From: Candidatus Velthaea sp. | GTDB lineage: Bacteria > Vulcanimicrobiota > Vulcanimicrobiia > Vulcanimicrobiales > Vulcanimicrobiaceae | Reading direction: 5' to 3' | Assembly: GCA_965214935.1 (NCBI GenBank) | Contig: CBDCCS010000021.1 | Location: 320,001 to 384,000 of the forward strand | Length of the DNA: 64,000 nt | In this document: piece after piece, positions 46,192-55,329 of the stretch | Numbering within the stretch: the first letter of the stretch is position 1 | How the letters are laid out: every line of letters begins with the position of its first letter | Position numbers and translations under genes: made by a program | The notes under the pieces: model-generated | Told to the model about the DNA's origin: nothing | Databases searched by the model: none | Seen by the model: only the letters and a program-made list of their open reading frames with translations

Positions 46192-48894
46192 TTAAAAGCG
46201 AATCACGAAATTGACGTCCTCGCGATTCTCGATATTATTGAACGTCGGTAAAGCAAAGTCCGTATAGCGATAGTTGCGCAGCGCAAAGTCGACGGAACTC
46301 GATGTCTTCGGGATGTTATAGGTGAGCGAACCGGCATACGTATCTTTGCGCTCGGAGATGTTTTGCCCGAGCGTCGTGCCGTACGCGCCGTGGAAGCCTT
46401 GCGAATTGTAACTGGCGCCGAAAACAACATCTTTAGTCAACGGCACCGACGCCGCTGCGGCAACGGTCGTATGATACATGTCGCTGTAATTCGGATAAAA
46501 GACGACGCCGCCGAGCGCGGGTCCCGCGGCGCCCGGCCCGGCGGCCGGATCGACCGGCACGTAGGTAAAGGGCGTTCGGTCCGCCCGTGAAAGCCGCTCG
46601 ACACCGCCGCTTACATTGATGCCGATCCGCTTTTTGAGCAGCGATACGTTGAATTGTGCGCCGGCTTCGATCTTGTCGAGCGTCATGCGTTTGGTCGTTA
46701 CGAAGGTTCCCGCACCGGCGTAGGACGGATAGAGTTGCGACGCACCGCCGTTAGGCGAAAGCTCCGCCAAATGTTGTCCGAACAGCCGCGCATTCACCGT
46801 CAGCCCGGCGATTGTAAGCGGCGCGTTGACGTTGAGCGTTAGACCACCGGAGTCGGGTGCAAACGCACTGTAAAATTGCGCGCCGCTCGCAACGAACGGA
46901 TTGAAGACCGGATAAATAAAAGTAAGATTCGGATTCGAGAGCGTGCAGTTCGCAGCACCGGCAACCGCGCAAGCCGGATTCGCCGCATCGTACTGCGCGT
47001 TGATCGAACGGTTATTGGCAAAGCCGTAGAACCCGGGGAAATAATTCGGGTTGTTGGCGCCTAAGAGTTGAGGCGCATTGCCGAGATATTCGACCGGCGC
47101 ACCATCAAAGAATCGCGCACCGACGGATTGGTATTGCACCGACGCCGTTGCACCGAATAACCGCAGGCGCAGCCCGATGACGGCAGCTGCGCCGGTCCTC
47201 GGCTCGACCGTTCGCAGATCCGTAGTGAACCGGCTGGTCGCAAACTCGGCAAAGACGACGGGCTGCGCGCGGTCGCCGTCAAAATGCAAGAAACGCACCG
47301 GCAATTGCGCATCGATTCCGACGACCGAGTCGCTTACCAATCCGTAGCCCGAAGCGTTCTGCAAGCCGGCATTGGTGATATCTGCCGGCGTGGCGGTGTC
47401 GTCGGTATCGAACAGACGATTGAACGATAGGCCGACTTCACCGCCGGGCAAACCTTTGATTTTCTGGTTGACTCGCAGGTTGACGTCGTAGCGCTGCGGA
47501 TAGGCTTGATTCGATACCGTTAAGCCGACGTACGTAACCGTAACGGACGAGCCGCGCAAAAGGGCCGGCGCGAAGACGACGGCGTTGGCGTTATCATTGT
47601 AGAAAAACGCCGGCGGAGCGACCGGTCCGCCGGGTGCTGATGCAACCAACGCGGCCGACGCATTGAACTGCGAGCCGTCGTACCCTGAGATATAGACGCT
47701 GCCGAGTTGCGCCTTTTGCTGTAAAAACACTTGGACGAGGTTGCCGTTCGCGGCACGAAACGTATCGCTGCGCAAAGCACCGCTGCTCGAGCCGGGCGCT
47801 CCGGTTTGCACGTACGTTGCGGGCGGTCGGTCGACATAATAGAAGTAATTATTGAGTCCGACAGCCTCGTTCGAATCGAGCACGTTGAGTTGCGTATTGA
47901 GCAAACTCGGATCGACTCGGCTAAAATTGATTTGAACGTCCGTAAGCCCGTTGAGCGTAGCGCCGGCTTGGATACCTTGTTGGTAGCTTTGAGCCGGATA
48001 CTCAAAGCCGGGACCCTGCGCTGCCGAATCCGGTGCCCGATACGTCAAGCCGACGCGCGACGACGCGATGTTATCGAGCTCGCCGAAGCGCAGATACAGA
48101 TTCGAGAGATTGCCGCTCCTAGCGACGTCGACGAGGATACCGGGTTGAACCGCATAGTGCGCGCCGGTCGTGAATTCGCTGCCCGTCGCATAGTTCAAGA
48201 TGTGAATCGGGAATGACACCGTCAGGTTCTCATTGACGGTATACGCAAGATCGATCCGGTCGTCGAACCGGATGTAATTCGCGATATCGGCCTGATCGAG
48301 CGGGCTATTATCTTCGGGACTGCGCAGAAACGCGTCGACGAACGGGTCGACGGTGGCTGTTCCGGCATTTGCGACTGTACCGCCGTAATACAGATCGACC
48401 GGCGTCCCGGTAGTATTTGCAACTGTGTGCGGATAGCGCACCGATTGACGCCCGCTAAAATTATGATCGAGCTGCCCGTGTAATTGCAACGACTGCGCGA
48501 GCTTCGTGCGTTTATCGAGCGCATCGAGCGCATCTTCGATATTGGTAACGCGCACGCCGAGTGAGTCGAGCTCGTCCTTGAGCGCGTCGATCAATTTTTG
48601 CAACTTCTCGAGATCGACTTTCGAGGCGTAACCTGCGCCGCTGGCTTGCACCTTAGCGATGACACGCGCAACAAGGACGGCCATTTCGTACCGCGACAAC
48701 GGACGATCGCCTTTGAATTCACCGTCGCTATAACCCTCGATGAGGCCGTCTGCGGCAAGCGACGCGATCGCTTGATACGCCCAATGATTCGACGGAACGT
48801 CCGCGAACGGCGTTGCGCTCACCGCACGGACGGCGACAAGCAACGAACTAAGGATAAAGCTCGCGCAAAGAACCAGCAGCGCGAGGGGCTTCAT
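46192..48894 (-). CDS. SLH-domain, coiled-coil, outer-membrane beta-barrel protein (OmpM-like)
   Basis: Signal peptide, FADVPSNHWAY..GY.DG.F.G...SRYEMA SLH, ELDSLGVRV coiled coil, beta-strand-rich body, terminal Phe; ATG 48894 after GGAG. Confidence 0.85.
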   Translation of the reverse strand: MKPLALLVLCASFILSSLLVAVRAVSATPFADVPSNHWAYQAIASLAADGLIEGYSDGEFKGDRPLSRYEMAVLVARVIAKVQASGAGYASKVDLEKLQKLIDALKDELDSLGVRVTNIEDALDALDKRTKLAQSLQLHGQLDHNFSGRQSVRYPHTVANTTGTPVDLYYGGTVANAGTATVDPFVDAFLRSPEDNSPLDQADIANYIRFDDRIDLAYTVNENLTVSFPIHILNYATGSEFTTGAHYAVQPGILVDVARSGNLSNLYLRFGELDNIASSRVGLTYRAPDSAAQGPGFEYPAQSYQQGIQAGATLNGLTDVQINFSRVDPSLLNTQLNVLDSNEAVGLNNYFYYVDRPPATYVQTGAPGSSSGALRSDTFRAANGNLVQVFLQQKAQLGSVYISGYDGSQFNASAALVASAPGGPVAPPAFFYNDNANAVVFAPALLRGSSVTVTYVGLTVSNQAYPQRYDVNLRVNQKIKGLPGGEVGLSFNRLFDTDDTATPADITNAGLQNASGYGLVSDSVVGIDAQLPVRFLHFDGDRAQPVVFAEFATSRFTTDLRTVEPRTGAAAVIGLRLRLFGATASVQYQSVGARFFDGAPVEYLGNAPQLLGANNPNYFPGFYGFANNRSINAQYDAANPACAVAGAANCTLSNPNLTFIYPVFNPFVASGAQFYSAFAPDSGGLTLNVNAPLTIAGLTVNARLFGQHLAELSPNGGASQLYPSYAGAGTFVTTKRMTLDKIEAGAQFNVSLLKKRIGINVSGGVERLSRADRTPFTYVPVDPAAGPGAAGPALGGVVFYPNYSDMYHTTVAAAASVPLTKDVVFGASYNSQGFHGAYGTTLGQNISERKDTYAGSLTYNIPKTSSSVDFALRNYRYTDFALPTFNNIENREDVNFVIRF

Positions 48895-49037
48895 GATCGC
48901 TCCAGATGGACCGTTTCGTTCCTTACGCGTCGAAGCATCGAATCCAAAACCGGGCACCATCCGGCAGGCACGAAGAGACGCCCCGTTACGGGCGCATGCC
49001 GTGGCATACGACCGGCCGCAAGTGACTCCTCCCGCCG

Positions 49038-49430
49038 CTAGCCGCCGCTAAGATAACGTTCGGCAATGAGCAACGCGGCGTAGTCGTCGATCGGCCGATC
49101 CGGCAACAGCATGCCGCGCGGCACCAACCGCTTCCAGCCGCGCGGCGGATGATCGCGAAAGAACCGGCCGCGCGCGAGGAGCGTTGTTTCGCGCTCGTCG
49201 ACGAGCACGCAGCGAAGGCCGAGTGCGCGTACAACGGTAGCGACATGCGCGCTATTCGTCCCGCGTCCAAGTGCGACGACGCCGATCGGATGCGCGGCAA
49301 CGATCGTTTGCAACGCGCTTTCCAATTGCCCGATGCGCGCGATTCCGAGCAGCACCGGCTGCATGCCGGCAGCCTCCATGAGCGCGTAACCGCACTTACG
49401 CGTTCCGGGGTCGATACCCAGCGTCATCAC
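49038..49430 (-). CDS. YqgF/RuvX-like RNase H-fold protein
   Basis: LGIDPG..KCG.A, G.GT, VDERETT..AR, DDYAA..IAERYL. Confidence 0.8.
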   Translation of the reverse strand: MMTLGIDPGTRKCGYALMEAAGMQPVLLGIARIGQLESALQTIVAAHPIGVVALGRGTNSAHVATVVRALGLRCVLVDERETTLLARGRFFRDHPPRGWKRLVPRGMLLPDRPIDDYAALLIAERYLSGG

Positions 49431-50386
49431 GAGCGGATCGGCGTCAAGCTGAAGTCGTAAACAACACCGCCGGAATGCGGATACAGATCGAACGACGCCT
49501 TTGCCGAAACGCGGTATTTGCCCCGCACTCGGGTCAGCCGGCGGCTTACGCTTTGCACTTCGGGCGCATTGTATCCGGCACTTTGTAAAAACGGATTCGG
49601 CATTCCGCGCTGCGCGAGTTGCAAAGACGCATTGGTGACGAGCGGCGTGAAGTTGAACGGCTGACCGCCCTCCACGACGACCGATGCGAGCACTTCACCG
49701 GCGGTCGCTAATCTTCGATCGGCATACGATGAAAGGTAAAAGGTGATGCGATCGCCCCGAAAGAGATTTTGCGCTGCCACCGGTAAAATAAGCACGACCG
49801 GCGGTCGCGTCGAACCGGCGCGTGCGACCGCATCGCCGTCGATGAGTTGAACCTCTTTTTTGAGATTCTCTTGAATATCCGGATCGCTCGACTTCCGCGT
49901 GTAGGCTTTGAGCAAGTACGGTGCTTTCGTAAGCTGGGTGTTGGCAATCTGCACCGTCTCATCGAAGAATTTGGCTAACCGTCGCGTTTGATCGTCTTCG
50001 GGCGTCGTCGGATCGAGCGTTGCCGCGATGTTCGCGATGAGTTGCCGGTTAAGGACCGCGAGCGTTCCATTGCGCGTTTTATCGAGTTCGCTTTCTTGTT
50101 CGAGCGCCTGCGCCTGCAGCGTATTGATGCGCGAGTTTAGCTCGTCCAAGCGGAAAAACGCCGTGCGGACCTCGTTCGAGATCGCCAGTGCTATGAGCGT
50201 CACCGCCAGCGCAATCACCATGCCCGTTGCGACGGCAACGATCGTCGATGTGTACTTCGGCCGCAGACCGAAGAGCGTCAGCCGGCGTCGTCCGACCTGA
50301 TGGCCGACCCGGTCGCCGACGTAGGCGACGAAGCCCGCGACGATCATGATCAAGACGACTAAACCGATGCCCGGCAAGACCGACAT
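49427..50386 (-). CDS. DUF3084-family membrane-anchored coiled-coil protein
   Basis: IAY.GD.VG..VGRRRLTLFGLRPKYTS...TG motif, two TM segments, coiled coil. Confidence 0.8.
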   Translation of the reverse strand: MSVLPGIGLVVLIMIVAGFVAYVGDRVGHQVGRRRLTLFGLRPKYTSTIVAVATGMVIALAVTLIALAISNEVRTAFFRLDELNSRINTLQAQALEQESELDKTRNGTLAVLNRQLIANIAATLDPTTPEDDQTRRLAKFFDETVQIANTQLTKAPYLLKAYTRKSSDPDIQENLKKEVQLIDGDAVARAGSTRPPVVLILPVAAQNLFRGDRITFYLSSYADRRLATAGEVLASVVVEGGQPFNFTPLVTNASLQLAQRGMPNPFLQSAGYNAPEVQSVSRRLTRVRGKYRVSAKASFDLYPHSGGVVYDFSLTPIRS

Positions 50387-51528
50387 CAGACCCGCGACGC
50401 CTGACGCAGCAACAGCAAACCGATGATGGTGAAAAGCGCATTGGGCGTCCAGGCAGCCAGGCCCGCCAGCCAGGTCGCACTCTCGCCGATCGATAGCCCC
50501 AGTGTCATGATGACGTAGTAGACGAAGATGATCACCAGGGCGAGCGCAAAGCCGAGACCGCGTCCGCCGCCACGTCCCGGCCGCACGCCGAACGGTACCG
50601 CGATCAACGTGAAAACCACAGCGGCAAACGGCCGCGCCAATTTCGCGGCATAGCTCGCGGTGTACGTTTTTACTTGTTGCGGTGAAAGCACGCCGCTGGC
50701 AAGCGCTGCACGAATCTCGGCGCGCGATTGCTGTTCGGGGTCGCCGCTCACCGTGTGCTTCGCAATTTGATTCGGCGGCTGACCGATGTCTAAATTCAAT
50801 TGCGGATCGGTGCCGCTGGCAACGCTGCCGTCCGGGCTGAACGTGCGCGTCGTTGCGTTGATGAACGTCCAGCTCGGCGGTTCGTAATGCGCACGATCCG
50901 CATAGATGATCGTCCCGGGCTTACCATCGGAATCAAGTTGGACGACGGTCACCCCGATGAGTGACTGCGTCCGCGCGTCGAGACCGGATGCAATGGTTAT
51001 CTGTTTGCGCCCGCCCGGTAAAGGCGTAACGACCGTTAGATTCCCTTCGATGGGATTGAGGTGTTGAATGACGGCCGTCTTGATATACGCCGCCCGATCG
51101 TTGGCCAGCGGTACCACGACTTCTTGAAGCACCAGCGACACCACCGAGACAAGCAGACCAACCAACGCGAGCGGGACGACCATGCGAAAAATGCTGACTC
51201 CGCCGGCTTTGAGCGCGGTGATTTCGCTATCGCCCGAAAGCCGCTGCATGGTCAAAAGCGTCCCGAATAAGATCGACATCGGAATAACGAACAGCAGAAA
51301 CTGCGGCATGTCCCAGAAGAAATACTCGATCGCCGCCAGCAACGGCGCATGTTCTTCGGACACCAGCTTGCCGATCGAAATGATCTGCGTCGCAATGAAA
51401 ATCAGCGTGAATATCGATAAGCCGAATGCAAACGGGCCAACCAATTCGGACACCAGATACCGGTCGAGAATCGTGACCCCGAAGCGCGCCCGCCGCCGAA
51501 CCCCAACGGCAACGACAGCGCTAGCCAA
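50386..51528 (-). CDS. LPS export permease LptF/LptG family (single copy here)
   Basis: ILDRYL..E..PF, RLS.DSEITALKAGGVS, periplasmic domain, three C-terminal TM segments, AAW.PN; start approximate (TTG 51528). Confidence 0.9.
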   Translation of the reverse strand: MASAVVAVGVRRRARFGVTILDRYLVSELVGPFAFGLSIFTLIFIATQIISIGKLVSEEHAPLLAAIEYFFWDMPQFLLFVIPMSILFGTLLTMQRLSGDSEITALKAGGVSIFRMVVPLALVGLLVSVVSLVLQEVVVPLANDRAAYIKTAVIQHLNPIEGNLTVVTPLPGGRKQITIASGLDARTQSLIGVTVVQLDSDGKPGTIIYADRAHYEPPSWTFINATTRTFSPDGSVASGTDPQLNLDIGQPPNQIAKHTVSGDPEQQSRAEIRAALASGVLSPQQVKTYTASYAAKLARPFAAVVFTLIAVPFGVRPGRGGGRGLGFALALVIIFVYYVIMTLGLSIGESATWLAGLAAWTPNALFTIIGLLLLRQASRV

Positions 51529-51573
51529 ACCCAACCCCGCTACCGTACTTGCCCGTGCACACCAACCACCGAT

Positions 51574-51722
51574 CGTCCCGGACGAGGGTTGACCGGGTGG
51601 CGGGGCGTCGTGACCGGGGCCGAAGCGCAGGATGCGCGGAAGGCGCAGGCACGCGAAAACGGTTCTCGCGCGATGCGATAACCCAAACGTCCCCGCCGCC
51701 CGGCCGACCCTCGCCACGGACG
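51574..51722. other. 149-nt structured intergenic element (about 35-bp closing stem, branched loop)
   Basis: CGTCC..CGAGGGTTGACCGGGTGGCGGGGCGT pairs with ACGTCCCCGCCGCCCGGCCGACCCTCG..GGACG; inner hairpins. Confidence 0.6.
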
Positions 51723-51723
51723 C

Positions 51724-52461
51724 TCAAAGCCGAAACCCTTCGCCTAAATAAAACTTCCGTGCAACGGGCGATGCCAGGACCTCATCGGCCGAACCGGAGA
51801 CTTCGATCCGTCCGTCATTGAGGATGTACGCCCGATCGACGATCGCGAGCGTCTCGCGAACTTGATGATCCGTGATGAGGACGCCCAGGCCGCGATCGCG
51901 CAACTGCCGGATCATCGCTTGAATGTCGGCGACGGCGATCGGATCGATTCCGGTAAAGGGTTCGTCAAGTAAGAGAAACGCCGGCTCGGTTGCAATTGCG
52001 CGAGCGATCTCTACGCGCCGGCGCTCGCCGCCCGAAAGCGAATCGCCGCGCGCATTGATGAAGCGCGACAATCCGAATTCGTCGAGCAATTCGGGCAGCC
52101 GGCGTTCTTGATCGACATGACTGACGCCGTTCATCTCCCAAATTAAACGGAGATTATCGCCGACGGAAAGTTTACGAAAAATCGAGTTTTCTTGCGCCAA
52201 GTAGCCGATGCCGGCACGCGCCCGCTCGTGCATCGGGGCGCGCGTCATGTCGCGCCCGACTCCGTCGCGCTCTAAGACGACGGCGCCGCCGTCCGGCCGA
52301 ACCAATCCGACGACCATGTAAAAGGTCGTCGTTTTTCCGGCGCCGTTGGGACCCAGCAATCCGACGACTTCACCGCGATTGACGTCCGCGCTGACGCCGT
52401 TCACGACCGTTCGTTTCGAATAGCGTTTAACGAGGTCGGTGAGAATGATGCGGTCGTTCAT
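51724..52461 (-). CDS. lptB: LPS export ABC ATPase LptB
   Basis: GPNGAGKTTTFYM.VGL, GIGYL.QE.SIFRKL, LSGGERRRVEIAR, DEPF.G.DPI, ITDH.VRETL, YLGE.F. Confidence 0.95.
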   Translation of the reverse strand: MNDRIILTDLVKRYSKRTVVNGVSADVNRGEVVGLLGPNGAGKTTTFYMVVGLVRPDGGAVVLERDGVGRDMTRAPMHERARAGIGYLAQENSIFRKLSVGDNLRLIWEMNGVSHVDQERRLPELLDEFGLSRFINARGDSLSGGERRRVEIARAIATEPAFLLLDEPFTGIDPIAVADIQAMIRQLRDRGLGVLITDHQVRETLAIVDRAYILNDGRIEVSGSADEVLASPVARKFYLGEGFRL

Positions 52462-53039
52462 AGCGGTGACTGGGCCACCCGTACGTCGTCGAGCCGGACG
52501 TCGCCGTCGAGATAGCGTCCGCTCAAGGTGAGATCGTTACGCGCCGTCAAGACGACGTGCCCTTCCCCGTGCAATTGCTCGGTTCGGCCGTCGTATCGCA
52601 GGGTGTCGCAGGTCAAAACGCTGCCGTCGGCGGCACGTGCACGAACGCCTCCGCTCATGAGCACGCCTTTATCTTGCTGCGTCACCTTCGCCTGTGGCGC
52701 GTCGGCGACGAGTGTCTTGCCGCGCCGGTCGTGAAAGATAACGTGCGGCAGCACGAACGTGCCGACGGATTTCGAGCCGACGATCACCGCTTGTGAAGAC
52801 AACGCACGCAGTTCGTACGCAATCCGAGTGTGCTTTGTCGCACGGTCCGCCACGTATTCCACGATGGTGGGATACCGGCCACCGGTACTTTTCGTTTCGA
52901 TGTAAACCGGCTCGGCAGTCGCGCCGGCGGCCGGACCCGATGGTCGCGGCGACGCAGGCGCTGCAACCGGCGAAGCCGGCCGGCCGCCACATGCAGCAAG
53001 CGCAGCCATACCGAGCAGCGCCCAAGCCAGGTGCTTCAA
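52458..53039 (-). CDS. lptC: LptC-like beta-jellyroll lipoprotein
   Basis: Lipobox LAAC; L.A...., GGV, L.CD.L.Y, GEG.V.L jellyroll pattern; directly upstream of lptB; TTG overlapping the upstream TGA. Confidence 0.7.
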   Translation of the reverse strand: MKHLAWALLGMAALAACGGRPASPVAAPASPRPSGPAAGATAEPVYIETKSTGGRYPTIVEYVADRATKHTRIAYELRALSSQAVIVGSKSVGTFVLPHVIFHDRRGKTLVADAPQAKVTQQDKGVLMSGGVRARAADGSVLTCDTLRYDGRTEQLHGEGHVVLTARNDLTLSGRYLDGDVRLDDVRVAQSPL

Positions 53040-54238
53040 CGACCGTCGTAGCCCCAACGAGCCGCCGCCAGCGTTAGGGCCGTAAACTCGGTGAATAACC
53101 CAAACGCGATGCTGGCGGAGTTGAGCAGCATGTGAACGGCGACGGCAACCATGCCTGCGAATAACGCATAGGCAAGGATACGACGTTCCGCCGACGCATT
53201 CACGAGCAGCCGCGGAACGCCCCGAAAGAAAGCGCCCAGCGTCACGGCAAAAGCGCTAAAGCCGAAGAGTCCGGTCTCCGCTAAAATCGAGAGCGGCAAG
53301 TCGTGCGGGTCGAAGGCAACCGGCGTCTCGGCACCGGGTGCGTCGGGCGCCCGCAGAACCGGATAGAGACGCTCGAAGGCGAGCGGGCCGACTCCGGTGA
53401 GCGGAAAGTGCAGCCACGTGGTGATGCCCGCGCGCCACGCGACTTCGCGCGAGCCCGTGTCTTGCGGATCGTGGTGGCGGGCGGCAAAGATCACGTTGAA
53501 GCTGAGCGCCAGCGCAAATGCTCCGAGTACGAGCCACACGTTGCGGCGCGGCCGCGTTCCGGCGATGAAGACCGCAAGACCGGCCGCCGCGGAGATGAGA
53601 CCCCAGCGCGAAAACGTCAGGGTTAAGGCGACCGTCGCGACCGCCGCGCAGACCGTGGCGAAGCGGCCGATCGGCGTCGCTCGCCGCACGACGGCTAGAC
53701 CCGCTGCTGCTCCGATATACGCCAGCAGATACTCGGCGAATTCGTTGGGGTTGAGAAACGTGCCGACAGCGCGACCGTGATTGAATGCATACAAATCGGC
53801 GGGCTGCTTCAAGCCGACGAACGCGATGGCAAGGAGCGAGGCGCACAAACCTGACCCGAGCACGGCAATATAGATAGTCCGGGCAACGCCCGGCGCGCGG
53901 TAATAGACGAGCAAAGCGAAGTGCGCGGCGACCATGCCCGCGACGATCGTCGCAAGGCCCAAACCGACGGCCGGGTCAAAGCCGAGCAGCGCGCCGGCGT
54001 ACGTGGCGACGACGTTGGGCAAAAACCACAGCCGCAGCACCGGTTCGCGGCGACCCCGGAATGCTCCGACGGCGACGCCGATGACGGCCAGCAACAGCAC
54101 AACGGCGCAGCTTGCGGCGACCGGCCGGGAAACGAGCGGAGCGGTGGGCGGGTGCGGCGCAAAGGCCGAAAACGTGCCGTAAAGAGGAAAGAAAGCAAAC
54201 ATGACGGCGACGGCGGCGATCGCTGCGCGATCGATCAC
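53036..54238 (-). CDS. O-antigen ligase (WaaL/Wzy_C) family membrane protein
   Basis: RA.GTF.NPN..A, LTFSR.G, R...W, P.TGVG, H...L..LAETG..G. Confidence 0.85.
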   Translation of the reverse strand: MIDRAAIAAVAVMFAFFPLYGTFSAFAPHPPTAPLVSRPVAASCAVVLLLAVIGVAVGAFRGRREPVLRLWFLPNVVATYAGALLGFDPAVGLGLATIVAGMVAAHFALLVYYRAPGVARTIYIAVLGSGLCASLLAIAFVGLKQPADLYAFNHGRAVGTFLNPNEFAEYLLAYIGAAAGLAVVRRATPIGRFATVCAAVATVALTLTFSRWGLISAAAGLAVFIAGTRPRRNVWLVLGAFALALSFNVIFAARHHDPQDTGSREVAWRAGITTWLHFPLTGVGPLAFERLYPVLRAPDAPGAETPVAFDPHDLPLSILAETGLFGFSAFAVTLGAFFRGVPRLLVNASAERRILAYALFAGMVAVAVHMLLNSASIAFGLFTEFTALTLAAARWGYDGR

Positions 54239-55329
54239 CGTGCAGCGGTCGACGGCAGGTCCGCGATTGCCGCGGCGATCGTCGCCGCACCGCCGCGTTC
54301 GCCCATTCGCTCGCGCCCGCTTTGTGCCATATGCCGGCGGCGCACCGGGTCGTTGAGCAGCCGCACGACTTCGCCGGCGGCCAGTTCCGGCTCGCCCGGA
54401 ACGATCGCCAGCGCGTCACCGAGCAGCCGAGCTTGACGCATGCGATACCACGCTGAGCGGCGCGCGCCGTCGAATTCGAGGGCAACCACCGGAACGCCGC
54501 ACGCCGCCGCGGCTTCGTTCGCCGTCCCGGCTTGACCGATCGCGAGCGTTGCGTTTGCCAAGAGTGCTCCCAGCTCGCCTTGCCATGCAGTAATCGGCGG
54601 GTCGCCGTTTAGCGCCCCGGCGAACCGCGCCGGATCGAGCGTCGGTGCAATCGATAAGATTGCAACGCTCTGCGGAACGAGCCGGGCGACGCGCCGGGCA
54701 ACGTCGGCTAAACGCACGCCGTCATCGTACGCGCGTTCGCGCGAACCCGGTAAGAGCGCGATCCGTTCCCGGGCCGCTCCCCAACCAACGTCCGCCGACT
54801 CGGCAAGCAGATCGACGATCACGTTGCCGGGCGCCTCGGCGGCAACGTTTTGCCGGCGCAGCAAAGCCGCCGTCGCGCTGTCCCGCACGAAAATGCGCCG
54901 GGCACCGCGTAACAAGCGGCGCTCGAACGGCCCGTACGGCGCCACATAGACGCTTTTCGCCGTCCCGACGAAGATTGTCGGGCGGCGCACGCCGTACGCC
55001 AACAGCAGAGCGTAGCTGTCGCCGACCGCCACGACCGCTTCGTATTTCGCGCGCGCGCGCCGGAGAAAGACGAGCTGGCGTCCCAACAACCCGACGAACC
55101 CGGCGCGTAAGTCGGACCAGAGTGCGCGCAGGTTGCCCATTGCGACAAGTCCGCCGCTGGGCATCGGGCGCTGTGGCCCGACGTCGGTAAACGCCGGACC
55201 GCCGAACGCGCTGCCGACTAATGCCAAATGATCGGTGACGAACGGCCCGCGGGCGCGTAATTCGGCTGCAATCCGTTTGGCGATTGCCGCCTCGCCATGG
55301 CCGTTGCTGACGAACAGCACGCGCGTCAC
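54235..55329 (-). CDS. Lipid-A-disaccharide synthase-related (LpxB-like) GT-B glycosyltransferase
   Basis: FVSNGHGE, PSGG, VGD, FVGTAKS.Y, RD..TA, GN...D, LLPGSR, AGTA.E; GTG 55329 overlaps the upstream TGA. Confidence 0.8.
   Translation of the reverse strand: MTRVLFVSNGHGEAAIAKRIAAELRARGPFVTDHLALVGSAFGGPAFTDVGPQRPMPSGGLVAMGNLRALWSDLRAGFVGLLGRQLVFLRRARAKYEAVVAVGDSYALLLAYGVRRPTIFVGTAKSVYVAPYGPFERRLLRGARRIFVRDSATAALLRRQNVAAEAPGNVIVDLLAESADVGWGAARERIALLPGSRERAYDDGVRLADVARRVARLVPQSVAILSIAPTLDPARFAGALNGDPPITAWQGELGALLANATLAIGQAGTANEAAAACGVPVVALEFDGARRSAWYRMRQARLLGDALAIVPGEPELAAGEVVRLLNDPVRRRHMAQSGRERMGERGGAATIAAAIADLPSTAAR

Noticed and set aside
51625..51650. SRP (4.5S) RNA because of CAGG...GGAAG...GCAG
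   Set aside because: Spacing does not match the helix-8 consensus CAGGTCCGGAAGGAAGCAGC; no ffs-like sequence was seen upstream of dnaX either.
51529..51717. 63-aa N-terminal extension of LptF/G in the ORF track
   Set aside because: It runs through the large hairpin and does not resemble LptF/G; family similarity starts near ILDRY.
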